Positions 24,513 to 38,886 of a stretch of DNA of 64,000 nucleotides are shown in pieces. Source of the DNA: Octopus bimaculoides (lineage: Eukaryota); the NCBI RefSeq assembly GCF_001194135.2, contig NC_068982.1, positions 7,002,245 through 7,066,244 of the forward strand, in the 5' to 3' direction. Under the pieces are notes generated by a model. The model was not told where the DNA came from, searched no databases, and saw nothing but the letters and a program-made list of their open reading frames with translations. The number at the start of each line of letters is the position of its first letter. Within the stretch, counting starts at the first letter, position 1. Made by a program: the position numbers and the translations under genes.

Positions 24513-27500
24513 GATTTAATGTATAATTACAAATGTAAATGTATCAGCAAAAAATATATGAACATTATTTCTGTGTCCAACCCCTTTGTTGTTTCTGCTT
24601 GTAACAAACATATCTAAAATATAATTTAATCAATATAGGGAAAAAACCTAATTTCTGTAGAATTATAACACAATAGAAATTTGTTTAAATATACTATATG
24701 CTTGAAAATAGTGAACAAAATGGAAATAATTTTAAAACCAATCTTTAAGGAGAGAAAACTGAAAAGTAGGTGGAACGATATCATTGATGAAAGCAATTTT
24801 CTATGCAATATAATCCAAAAATATATAGCATGAAAATAACAAAGCATGATCAAACGGTGACCGAATTCGAGGTTGGAATCACTCAGCACGAATACCAGAA
24901 AAGTATACATACGCCTACATTTCGCGTCAAATGAATTAAAGTGAAAGAAAATTGATATCTGTAATATCCTATCATGGTGAAACTTTTAAACTGTTTCAAT
25001 GACCAAAATGCAAATGTGTGAAAACAATTTTGGCAACACATGCAATAGAGTGAATGTTTATGTTCTTTGTGTCTTTGTAAATGTCTCGAATGAGTCTTTC
25101 TCAGGGGAATTGTTTTATCCTCAACACATGGTCTCAGGCCCAGTCACTCATTAGGCAAGCACGATTGCAAATGTTCCAAGAAAAGGGTGAATCTGTTTCA
25201 GCCAGCTTGCTTTTAGTGAACGGGGATTCTGGAAGATAGAATTACTTGTATGAAAAATATGTATATAATTAAATCTTCATAATATGTTATTATTATAACT
25301 AGCACAACATTTTGATATACAAGGAAATCCTCCAACAAAACATGGTTGCCTACCGAATTCGGTTTCTTAGAAGATAGTTGGCATAATTCATAATTGTTTT
25401 CCCAGAGAATCGGCGAAAGAGTGGATTGAAGAGAAGGATTAAATAGCATATCAAAAGAAATCTCTGCTATTTTCTTTAAAATACATTTGTCCTAAAAAGA
25501 GCTCATTCAAAATGTTTCTAATTGATCCGCATCGGTCCGATATTTTTTTCTCAGCTAATAAAAAATAATTGCAGCTCCAGTTTTACGCTAAGAGTAAATA
25601 CAATGATGCATGATTCCGTATATTTATTTGTTCAAAACGCACAACGTCATGGTACGCTAGAAATAATAGTTAAATATAAGCTTTCCTTTTTTTTTTTCTA
25701 AATGAGAAACCATTGACCATATAAAGATATTTGATTTCAAGAAAAAGAAAATCTGTAATAAAATAATACGTAAGTAAACATAAAGGAACACGTAAACACA
25801 CATATTTATATACACCCATACATACACACATACGTATTTACATAACCACATGCATATACAGTATGTACAAAAGGTCTCTCCGCATTGAATTTCTTTCATT
25901 CTGCGCATCACCAGGGCGCTATTTCAAGTGTTTTTCGATGAACAAATTATTTTGAAGGGACTTTGGCCACCTCGATCACCTGATTTAACACCCACAGCCT
26001 TTTTTGTCTGGGAAGCAAGTAAAGGATCAGTGTACAAGAATCGCCCGAAAAACCATTAAATACTTACTGCGGAGAGACATTTGGAATACCCTATATAAAC
26101 GTATATATGAATGTATGCGTGCGTGTGAGTGTGCGCTTGTGTCTGTATGTATGTTTTTATTAAAATAAATATATCCTGGGGTACTTTGAACCATAGAATC
26201 GCATATTTAAACTGATTATACATTCACAATTGCAAACATTGCGTACAAACGAATTATATCAAGTATGTTGTTGTTGATAGATTGAACTATCTCAGTATTT
26301 AAATTGTTTATAGCGTGAGCCGGAAAAACTCATCCTCCTGGTAATTTGCTGCCAAATTTCAATTAATTTTAATTAAGCTGATAATGCTCTTCAGTTGGTG
26401 TGGATACCTCAAGTTCCCAATTCCCTCCTCTAATAAATGTGCACTTTTTGAGTAGCAAGAAAAAAGAAAGAAAAAACAAGCAATATTACACAAACAATAA
26501 TAATTTACTAAGGTGGTTAATGAGATTGAATGAAAATAACATCAAAGTTTACTTTTGTATTGTATTATGCCCAGATTAATACTAGATAATCTGTTGTTTC
26601 CGTTAAAGTAGTATAATATTGCAGGATTATAATATTACTACTATGTTCATACAAAATATGAGATTTACTGAAAAGCAATAACATTATTTTAAAAGACAAA
26701 CTTAAATGTTAAATAATTCTAGAAACATAAAGCCAGTTCATTTAATATCTTGTTTAAAGCGTTTCTATATTCCTTGAAGGTTATTGGCAAAAACAAACGA
26801 AAATTGACTTAAATTTTGTTTTTAAAATTCTCTGTTGTAATTGACACATGCCGCCTATTTTTTTCATACTACTCGCTGTTGTCATGCAGCCATTCGATTC
26901 ATACTACAGTTATTCTATGTATTAGTTTTAGACAGGGTCTACCAATAATCTGATTAGTTGGTTTTGAGACCTTTCTGGGACGGCAGGTATACGTAAAGTG
27001 TATGCTAAAGAATAGCTAATCAGTTACTAATTGTTTATAACGAAGATGTGAAACTAATTAAAGAGTCGGTCTGCTTTTGCTTAACCTCCCTATGTCGGAC
27101 CGAATCGAACAACGTATGAGAAAATTGAAGATGTGATCATCTCATCATTTTCTCAGATATAATATATCTAAGATGATATTATTTGTTACGCTTTTCTGTT
27201 ACAAATTGATAGATTGTATTTGAAAGAGATTTGACTACTGTTTCCAACAGGTTGATCAACAAGCCAAAGGTTTCCTTGGATTTCGAACAAACGGATTTAT
27301 TGAGCAGAAAGCTGGATTTGTTTCAAGCTTCATCATTCTGAGCTTTCTAGTTTAAATTTTGTAAAGATACACGGGTTAATCGAATTATATATAATGACGA
27401 TGTGTAATATTGTTGTCTTTGGCTGTTTCCTAATATTTACCGAATATTTAAACCCCGATATGTAACGGCGTTTGATTCTTTCATGTAATAGTATAAATTA

Positions 27501-29840
27501 AAAATGAGCTGAGATGAGGTTTAAATTCAGAAGTATAAGTCAGTGGAAAAGCTATATCAACACATTCTGTTTTCTTATAAAAGTTTCATCTTAATTTATA
27601 GTTGGAAAGCTTTCTCTTGTAACGTTAAATATTCGGCTTCAGAAAATTAAACAACGTATTCATAAGACATAGATTTCCTTAAAAATATACCTTTCATTTA
27701 ACTAAATGTCAATAAGTTTTTCTGCTGACCACATATTCTAAGATAGGTAAGCAATTTCATTTGTAATTTTGGCGATCATAATGTTGTATTGTAACGTTGT
27801 AATTTTAATATTCATTTCTATATCTGTTGCGCGAAACCCAATATTTGTTCAAAATTATATAATACATTAAAACCTTAACGCTTGTAAATTAAACTGTAAT
27901 TTAATGACTTTAATTAAGTAAAAATATACTGTTTAATTGTACAATTTTTCGGAATAGAAGAATAGAGAGACTTTTAAACATGAGCAAAATAACTTGCGTA
28001 ACTTATGCGAAATCGAAATCTTACATATTTAGTAGCTTGTAGGTACTGGTATATTATAATGAATGCGGTTATTTTTCATTGCATTAACGATGTAGTAAAA
28101 TAATAGTAGTTACTTATTGAATACAATGTACAGAAATTTACACACAATAAACAATGTAATGACCGACATTAATCGTTTCTAGAACTGTTGGTATACAAGA
28201 AAAGACAGCAGTAATTCATCGCAGCGTTTTGTTGTTTAACCCTGGGTTAAGGAGAGAAAATATTTTATTAAGTGCGTTCACATTGTGACATTTATGTCTT
28301 TTAATTAGTTTTCATATGTGTAGAACTACATTACCTAATGAATATTCCTTTATTTCTAAAGAATTTCATTTCGGAATCTTGGTAGTATCTTGAAGCAACC
28401 ATGTAGAAGCACTGTCATTAGTTCACTGTTTATTGTAACTCAAATTCTGAACTTCCGCAAAGTGTGATATCTTACAAATACACGAAAACAGACGCTCCAT
28501 GGCGTAGTTCAAGATAATAAAGAACAACCCCATCCTTAAAGAGTTAAAAAGAAAGAAATAGAACAAGTTATAATTATGCTTATTGAAATTATTTTACTGC
28601 GGTGTTTAAAACGTTGACAGTTTTAAGCGCCAAACCTTCAATAATGACAATTCTGTAAATATTCTAAGATAGTTAACCAATTTCATTTGAAATTTAGGCG
28701 ATCATAAATTAAAAGCTGCTACTCTATTCACGGAGATGAAACAAACACCTTCTAATGTCAGTAAATAATTGTGAAATGCTAATGACAGAAGCAGCTGTGA
28801 AACATGAATATTAAATCGTTTTTAAGCTTAAGAAAGAATTGCCAAGTTAACTGAAACGGCGTTTGTGCATCACATGCCATGCTTCATCTAAATTGGAAGC
28901 AGTGAGTTCCAGAAAAAGTAACAGTAAAAGTTAAAAATAAAAATAAACAAGAGAACAAGTATAAATAACAAAGAGAATAAGAGACAAAAAATTCATTTCT
29001 AGAATTATTTAAAGCCGCAACATTGTTCATACTTTTCTACAGTTGAAAGCTGGATTGAATGCGATTTCATAACGAATCCGTAGTATATTCTATTTTTCTA
29101 TATTGAATATATCTCCCAATAATTACTTTAATAATAAATGTGTCAGCCATTATCTCATAGGTGCTGGGAAATGTAATTTGTAAGGCATATATTATTGTAA
29201 TTTAGAGAATGAATTTCGAAAGTTAACATTATTAAAGAAACTGAGAACAAATGTTACCAACACAGCACGTATTTAATTGAATACTTAAAATGAGAATACC
29301 TTGATTTAATGAAGTTCATTAATGATGTTATGATTATGAGAAATATAATAGTTTCTATGATCGGTACAGACAATGGAGTAACTAATAGAATGGTTAATAG
29401 TTGTATTCCCGAGGTGTTAGTTACGTAGATGCATGAATAACTGAGCTCGTTTTATTAACGCATTTGTGCCTCAAAGCAATGTCTAAAAGCGTTTTTTTCT
29501 TAACAACTGTAACACCAATCTGAAATAAAGAAGTGTCATTCTATTATAAATATAGAGAACATTTGATGCAACCGATATCTGGAAAGCAGGTGCCCTTACC
29601 AGTTGCATTTCGCCCATCTGCAGAAGACCCAGAGTCTGAAGTAGTATATCTGCAAGCATTATGAAATATGAAATATTGCTCTGAAGCTGCTCCAGTTACT
29701 TTTTTACAGCCTTATAGCCAACAGATGCCCGTACAGCTCATGCTTGCCACTAAAAGAGAGGCAATGTATTAATGGAATACTCTTTACACACCCTCAGAAT
29801 ATTAAGCACGATACACGTATACAATCCTCCGCCAAAAGTT

Positions 29841-29915
<75 letters not shown>

Positions 29916-30544
29916 ACTCTTCAAACATGAAATCCATTGGCGTTGAAGAAACGTTCGTTTTGCGGCATTTACTACGTCAGCGCCGGATTGACAGTCACTA
30001 AATCATGGGCGAAAATTCAAAGTAGTTTTTGTTCTAGCTCTTTACGTTTGGGGCCTAAATGTCTAAATGTCACCAAGATCAAAACCGCCTTTCAGCTTTC
30101 TATGTTCGATATTGTAAAATACTAATCAAGCTCTTACGTTGTGAGTTATTTGTTTGCAACGGTGTCAGGAGGTACGACACTTGCCTTTTTCTAGGAAAAA
30201 GCGGGGACTCAAAAGTAGCAGTCTTGATTTATAAGAAATTGCGCACTTTCATTAATGACATTGTGTTGGCCTGTACCCTGGAGATTTACTTTCCGAGGCG
30301 AATACATGGACAATCATGAACGACGGAAGACTTAGATCATGATATTGATGTCTAATATCTCCAAGCCTAAATGAAATCATAGCTGAAACTACATCCTCGA
30401 TAAATCTCATTGATAATTATTTTATTGAACATATTTTCTTCCTCAACTCGTTCTCTTCTATATATAATCGGACCTGTCAAATCCATTTATATTATTGATT
30501 AATTATGAAGCTAGAAATGTCTTCTTCATGTTTATATAAACGGT

Positions 30545-30878
30545 ATGGGAGGCCGAACATGCCTTCAGTCGGATCTGTTTGCTGTTGTCCAATGGGCGGA
30601 AAAGAACAATATGCTTCTGAATGAAGATAAGTTTAATTTGATTCACTTTGGAAAAAAAGATACTCTAAACCCACCATATGCCCTTCTCCTCGGACGGCTA
30701 CCTAGTGTCATCCTACAACACCAGAGACCTTGGAGTAATTGTTGATAACAATCTAAGCTGGAATTCCTACGTAAGCAGCAAAGTTGACTTGGCCTGCAAG
30801 ATGTGCTCCTGGATTCCGAGAAATTTCTGGTCCATAAATGTTCACACAATCATCCTTCTCTACACTACATTTGCTTAA
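30545..30878 (+). pseudogene. CR1/L2-type LINE reverse transcriptase C-terminal fragment
   Basis: LQSDL.AV.QWAEKNNMLLNEDKF.LIHFG followed, after a frameshift, by RDLGVIVDNNLSW..YV..KV..ACKM..WI.R.F...I.LLY.TF. Confidence 0.85.
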
Positions 30879-31022
30879 CGGTATTTCGTCTGTTTTTACG
30901 TTCTGAGTTCAAATTCGACATTGGCTTTCATCTTTTCGGTGTCGATAAATTAAGTACCAGTTGCGTACTGGAGTCGATCTAATCCAAAAATGTTGGGCCT
31001 TGTGCCTAAAGTAGAAAAGAAT
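30875..31022 (+). mobile_element. SINE family B, 5'-truncated and internally deleted
   Basis: cggtatttcgtctg...gagttcaaattc...ttgtgcctaaagtagaaaagaat. Confidence 0.8.
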
Positions 31023-31965
31023 CTATGTTCTCAAATTAGCAAGACGCTAGATCTAATTTGAAGACACAAATTTTGTGGTAAGACGGTTTGACGTCTATTT
31101 TTAGCATTCAGGAATCCATATGATGGTCTCTCCTATTGTTTATATTTAAATAGAATCCACGGTCCTCGGACGTTTTTTATGTATGCTGACCACAGGTTGA
31201 AATTGATAGTACTTGATAATATTAATTTGTACTCTTATTATTTAACTATAATTATAACTTTTTTATTATATAATATATTTTTTACGTTGTTTTCAAAGAA
31301 TATACAAGGGCTGTGCCAACAAAAGAATTCATACACAATTTGTATCTTTTCTATCGTTTACAACCGTACAAAAAGCATACAAATGCTGAAGACATCCATT
31401 GTGTTCTGCGCTAGTATTTAATAAATACGGTGATGCAACTTCTTGTGTTAGGTAAATACCTTGCGCTCAACTAAATATTAAACAATGGTTCGAAAATAGA
31501 GCCAACGTAAGTTGAAATATGCTGTGAACAATTTATGCTTCTTGGTTTTGTGGGATTGTGTTCGTCTGTGCGTGTAATTATGTATTTATAGTTATCCAGT
31601 GCGTAAGAAGAAAGGGGATCTATAAATAATGTTATGCATGTTAGCAGATTTCTTGCTACTTACCTCAGAAAATGTGAGATACAAATAGTTTGTAAATATG
31701 TTATTTTGTTGGCTTCCAGCACTAAGTCCAATTCATCCTCTAGCGAAAGCTTTCGTAGAACACAAGTAACTTTTCAGTAAATGTGATTTTCTTTTAAAAT
31801 TCTAGTCTTCCGTTTCTAGATATTTTTATATAGTTTACATCATTTTTATAGCTTACATATAATTTTATGTTTACATATATATTTTTATAGTTATGTATAG
31901 TTTACAGCACATTACATCAATTCAGTCATTACATTTTCTTATACATTCATACATACATACACATA

Positions 31966-32021
<56 letters not shown>

Positions 32022-32732
32022 AAACATAACACAGACACACACACACACATACACATACACACACATACATACATCCATACATACATATATNNNNNNNNNN
32101 NNNNNNNNNNNNNNNNNNNNNNNNNNNNNNNNNNNNNNNNNNNNNNNNNNNNNNNNNNNNNNNNNNNNNNNNNNNNNNNNNNNNNNNNNNNNNNNNNNNN
32201 NNNNNNNNNNNNNNNNNNNNNNNNNNNNNNNNNNNNNNNNNNNNNNNNNNNNNNNNNNNNNNNNNNNNNNNNNNNNNNNNNNNNNNNNNNNNNNNNNNNN
32301 NNNNNNNNNNNNNNNNNNNNNNNNNNNNNNNNNNNNNNNNNNNNNNNNNNNNNNNNNNNNNNNNNNNNNNNNNNNNNNNNNNNNNNNNNNNNNNNNNNNN
32401 NNNNNNNNNNNNNNNNNNNNNNNNNNNNNNNNNNNNNNNNNNNNNNNNNNNNNNNNNNNNNNNNNNNNNNNNNNNNNNNNNNNNNNNNNNNNNNNNNNNN
32501 NNNNNNNNNNNNNNNNNNNNNNNNNNNNNNNNNNNNNNNNNNNNNNNNNNNNNNNNNNNNNNNNNNNNNNNNNNNNNNNNNNNNNNNNNNNNNNNNNNNN
32601 NNNNNNNNNNNNNNNNNNNNNNNNNNNNNNNNNNNNNNNNNNNNNNNNNNNNNNNNNNNNNNNNNNNNNNNNNNNNNNNNNNNNNNNNNNNNNNNNNNNN
32701 NNNNNNATATAGATAGATAGATAGATAGATAT

Positions 32733-33645
32733 ATAATATAATATAGGATAAAATCTTTATAAGAATTTATCAAGTAGTCAGCGTGAAAAAAACCTCATAA
32801 TGAAAAAAAATTCATTTTTTTCCATAAATATATATAATTTATATAAAGGGCATTAACTATGTAGTAATGCCTCACGCTCAGAGGGACTAAATAAGTCAAA
32901 AACTACCAAAAAATAAGCAACATATTTACCGAAAGCGAGGAAATTCAGCTTTCAAAATTAATCTATTAAAAACATTTAACTTAACGGTAAACCACTGGTT
33001 TCTCAATCAATACAGAAAAACTGTGAAGTAACCTGCATCTTTTGTTCCTCAGTACACGTATGGTCGATACCCAACACAGTACGATGACTTCTGTCCATAA
33101 TTATATATCCGTGAAAGAGATTTGAATTTATCCGGTTACATCTCAGTAACATGTGCTTATACAGAATAATACTCAACACTGAATATATTCTAATTATTTA
33201 TAATATAATATAGGATAAAATCTTTATGAGAATTTATCAAGTAGTCAGCGTGAAAAAAAACCTCATAATGAAAAAAAATTCATTTTTTTCCATAAATATA
33301 TATAATTTATATAAAGGGCATTAACTATATAGTAATGCCTCACGCTCATAGGGAGGCAAAATCTACCAAAAAACAAGCAACATAATTACTACATAGTTAA
33401 TGCCCTTTATATAAATTATATATATTTATGGAAAAAAATCATGAATTGTTTTTCATTATGAGGTTTTTTACAGTTTTTCTGTATTGATTGAGAAACCAGT
33501 GGTTTACCGTTAAGTTAAATGTTTTTAAGAGATTAATTTTGAAAGCTGCATTTCCTCGCTTTCGGTAAATATGTTGCTTATTTCTTGGTGGTTTTTGACT
33601 TATTTAGTCCCTCTGAGCGTGAGGCATTACTACATAGTTAATGCC

Positions 33646-33650
<5 letters not shown>
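32733..33650. repeat. Direct-plus-inverted repeat mosaic (467-bp period, partial second unit, inverted 265-bp segment)
   Basis: 32733-32930 is repeated at 33200-33384. 33385-33650 is the reverse complement of parts of 32780-33025. Confidence 0.9.
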
Positions 33651-33687
<37 letters not shown>

Positions 33688-35380
33688 GCACACACACATA
33701 CTTATATATAGACGTACATTGTGTTTTTTATGATAACCTATGCCATTTAAAAAAATATATTTTAGCAAATAATTTCTCAACATTTTAATTTGAAAACTAT
33801 ATTCTAACTCGTTTCAGAAAAATGTATTCACCTAAGTAAGAAACTTTAACCTAACAACCTCATTTTCTGTGGTATATATTTAATTAATTTCATTACTAAT
33901 ATACTTACTCTTCTTACAACCAGACAAATTTATCTTTATCTTAATTTGTTTACGTAGATTTTTATTTCCTCTTTTCTGGTTATCTCTTACATATAAAATG
34001 TCTATATTTTCTTATCGCTAATTTATTTATTATTTATACTTAACTCGCTTCTTATTGATTTAATTGTATATCCATATTACATTTCTCTCAAAGAAAATCT
34101 TATATAACTAAATATTTATTGACAAGTCAGTTCAGTTTTAATATTCATAATCATCCTATCTTTCAAAAACTTTCAAATGAAACCACATGAATATTCCAAT
34201 TCAATCAATAGCGTACTTTTTCTCTCGCCACTCTTAATTTAAACTTGCCGATCCGTTTCTTCTATCGCCATGTAATCTATCTAATATACATTTTCAAACT
34301 TCTTTCTCTTAGTATTTCACATAACAGTTTTATTTATCATATTTTATTGTTTATTAAACCTACCATAACTTTTACATCCGTTACTCACCTATCAACGTTT
34401 CACTTATGTTATCGTTTACTTCTGTTAATTCTACCCAAAATTCGTTGAATACCCTGCGTTGTTTTTCTTCTTATTTCCATTCGTTGACTTTTCCGCATTA
34501 GAAAGAAAGCTTATGTCATAGTGTTTATTTAGATATATCTTTTGTCTCAGCTAGATATGCTTTGAATAACTTAATTTAGTTGTGATTTTCTTTGTTCGTA
34601 CATACTTACACTTTCATAACACGTAGGCACAGACATCGATGTATCCTGCAATGATAGATCGACTTATAACAAAATTTAACCTTAAATATCTCAGACAATA
34701 CAAACAATTCATTAACAAATTGTTAAAAAGGAAATGATTCCGAACAGCACTTCAAAATAGAAAATAAATAATTGGGTTATAGATTGGTCTCGAATGAATT
34801 TCTAATAAGAAATGTCAAAATATTACAATTTGATGTAAAGTGCTATTAAACAGTTGGTACAAAATCGCTATGAAATTGCGCTCAATGTTGTAGAATCTAT
34901 TGCTATCACTAGCAATTGCAGAAAAAGAAACAAAAACTAGAAAATAGAAAATATAAGGATTATGTAAAACAGTCAAAAGTAATTATATATTGTTGATTAG
35001 TTTCTTCTTCGAACTAAAGAGTACATATCTCCCCAGTTGTTTAAAATGTATCATTTTGTAAATATCTAATTGAAATATAGGTAATCAAATACTTAATATT
35101 AGGCGCTCTGAAATATTTCTCCCATTTTCATTTCATCCATGTCAATAAACGTTTTCAACTCACTTTTGAATGTGTGTAATATCACGTTCTCCTGGAAATA
35201 AGGTAGGACAACTGCTGTCCTGAAAACGCCTGTTGTTGCTGAAACATGTGAGTTGCTCTCTTTTTGTATACTTTTTATATACACTTGTTTTTCTTCGCTA
35301 TACTTACTCATCCATGAATACGTATTTGTATATGTATAGTCACTATTTAAAATGATTAGTTGCATTAGGTTATATGGAAG

Positions 35381-36021
35381 AGTTAACCAAAGATCAGTCC
35401 TGATCGACCATTTTAATGATCAAATGTCACTACATTCATGGAAGAGAATTTATTTTGTTTTATGTGAGGAATAAAGTGGTCGCATAAAAACCTCTCTTTT
35501 GTTTCGCTAAATCATTTACAGCTGAATGGACTTGACTTCCATATTAGAAGTCATCATATTAAAAATATAACACACGATTGAAGTTTTTGCTCAAGTATGA
35601 CTTGGTTGAGCTAATCTACACTGAAAGCATTCCATTCGTGACCATCATATCTTTTTTTAAAGATGTATTCAAAATCACACTACTCACTGGCAAAATTGAT
35701 TCATTTGCTAGCAAGACGGTTTGGGCAAATAAGAAGTCCTGCCATTGATTAGAGATGAGGTATGAAGTGAATCGTTTCGAGTACTGCTTTCTGATACCTA
35801 ACAAGTTTATATCAATCACTAATTATGTCTGTTTATACATTCGACCTTCTGAAATTAGCTGTCAAATTTCCTTGAACGTAATCTCTATCGTTCTAATGAA
35901 GGAAGTGTCTACTTGATAGTACAATCTTAGATACACTGTATCTAAAGAAGGATTGGATGTCCATGAAGGTAGTGACATTTGATCATTAAATTGGTCGATC
36001 AGGACTGATCTTTGGTTAACT
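35381..36021. repeat. 62-bp near-perfect inverted repeat enclosing ~520 bp
   Basis: 35381-35442 versus the reverse complement of 35960-36021: two mismatches. No TSD found. Confidence 0.9.
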
Positions 36022-38599
36022 GACATACAACATAAACACCTCAGAAAGATCCAGAAGATGATGATATACTGATCTTATAGCATAACATTAAACATGATGC
36101 ATCGTGTTTTCTCTGAAATAATTGATTTCATTAAAAACTTTTCTTCCATTCTATAATCCCACTGTATACAAATATTATTAATGCTGCATCTATATATGTA
36201 TTCCCTAAAAATATTATCACGCGAACACAAATTGCGATATATTTTCTTTTACCTGATCTCAATCGTTAGTTATTTCAACATTTTATATGAGGTTTCTTAC
36301 CCATGAAGATTATATTCGTATAACTTTGCTAGTTATTGTATGTTTCTATTACTTTAAGTCATAAGGACGGACACTTTCAAAGCTACTTGATGTATTCACA
36401 TAACCGTCTTGCATTCCTTATGGTGAATTAATCTTTCAAAGTTTTTCACTGTTTGTGTTTCCTCCAAACATTAACAAATAAGCAACGGGCAATGGACATA
36501 CTGTACATCAGCGTCAACAACAACGAAAGATATATGTAGAGGAAAATTTAAGAAAATGATAACAAGTCAATGAAACATATATATCTCCTTAAACTATTCC
36601 TCCCCCTACCACCTAGTAGAGGTGACAATTTTTGTTGTTTTCTATTTAGAAAGTATATAATTTTAAAGATTCTAAAATAGATTATGATTAAAATATAAGT
36701 CTTCTCTTAACATTTCAATTCTTTTATATATGACATTTAAATGTTACGTCAAATGAAATTTCTACATTCTGAATAGAAATATATTTTATCATAATACTTG
36801 TAATTTAAACTCTCTTTTTTTTTTGTATTGAAAAAATATTTTAATTCTATAAACATCGTACGCATGACCTCAAGGACTAAATGAAGAATTGAATGTATAC
36901 TGCAATAAGTACAATTTCAAGTCATGGAATTATAATCTAATGGCGTCAGTTGTGAACTTTATATTGTTGAAAATACTTTTGATATTATTCTTCGTTACAA
37001 TAGGTCATCAGTATACTTAAAACATGTCATCTTTCAGTGCATTAACTTCATATCGTCCTATATTGCATAACAAACCCACAGTTTATGCAATTTAGACTCG
37101 ATATTTCTTGTTGTATGAATATGAGTCATTGATTCTTAAGCGGTAAACTTATCTGTTAATTTGATTTAAGAAACTTAGAAAATGTTTCAACTATAAAACA
37201 AATTGAAACTAATTGATGGTTTGCAAAAACGCTTGCAAATAATGTATCGAATATTTTAATACTGGATTTGTTTTAAATGTGTAGTAAATGAAGGAAATGT
37301 GTTTCGTCGATTCATGCATGGCTTGTATGCTATGTGAGGCTTCATAGCTATAGATATAGTCTGGTATAAGCATTCTCCTCCAATTTATTGGACAAGGTAA
37401 TAGAGATTACTGTTTGAAGCAATAGTGTCTGAATGAAAGGTATAAAAGCTGCATCGTGGAGTTGATTCACTTGGAGCTTATGAGCTAATAATGTTTACTG
37501 ATTTATGAGGACGCTACTTTACACTTTAGTATATCACTAACGAGGATATGAAGAGAAAATAATCGCACGCCTGGCTAGAAAGTACAGTTTAATTCCTAGT
37601 AGCGTTAAGCCTCATGAAAAATGCAAATACATTTCTCTTACATCACTAATGATATAATGACATTGTAGAAAGGGACAAATGTAACACAATGTCGCCAGTG
37701 GTGACATTAACCAGTAGTGTTTAAATAGGAACACGAGATACATATTTGCGTATATATCAGATGTTTTGTCGATTCATATATTAAAATTTTAGCAACACAG
37801 AGATAAGTGAAATCTAATTTGGAACAATGTACAATTGTATAAGTCTTCCGAATTAAGTTGCCACACAGTTTTCAGTTATCATTTAGATTTAAGATTCTAA
37901 CGCTTGTGTCAATTAAATACGTACTCAAAAAATTTCTTATCTTGCATTAACACAAATTTCGATTTGTAACAAGACATAACATGCTAATCAAACAAGTAAA
38001 CGATCGTAAATTCGATCTAGATGGTCATGAAGAGATTGCGGTCGATCAGCAAACTGTATACGTTCTCTCGGTCAAACTATAAGATAGCCGTTATTCCAGT
38101 TAAACCTTCTGGAGTTGTAGACTTGGTAATAAGTTCTTATATACTTTTTAGTGGACCTGTCTTATTATGTATAATAATTAATTTATATACTCCATATTTT
38201 ACAGCCTAGTATTCTAATACTAAGGACTAAATCTCTACATAATGGTGATAATGTCTTCTGTATATTGATTTTTATGAAAAGCAGCTGAAAATCAAGATCG
38301 TGAGTGCTTTTATCACGCGTCACAACAAAAGCACTCGTTGGCTGGTCATCTATAATGCTACTGTTAAAAAGTTAAAATTTTGCCGGCAATGTCGTCACGT
38401 TCATCATACATACAATAAAGCTGCAGTAACCTATGCCAGCACAGACTACATCAGAGAGAAGAACCCGTACAGGGAAAAACGTTCTTTTTTTTTCTCCGAA
38501 AAAGTTCGAAGAATGCGTCTACGAATACAAAAGAGGGAAATCAATAAAACCAAACTTCAAAACGTACTTATTTTAATACGCTAACAGAAAAGGTTATTA

Positions 38600-38700
38600 C
38601 ACTTACACACTCACGGACACACACATATATGCAAATGTGTGTATATATATATACATACATACACAGACACACACAGACACACATAAACATGCATACACAG

Positions 38701-38787
<87 letters not shown>

Positions 38788-38853
38788 CACAGATACACAC
38801 ATACACACACACATATTTATATATATACATACACACATACATACATACATACA

Positions 38854-38885
<32 letters not shown>
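38600..38885. repeat. (CA)n/(TA)n/(TACA)n microsatellite field
   Basis: Visible in the sequence. Confidence 0.95.
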
Positions 38886-38886
<1 letters not shown>

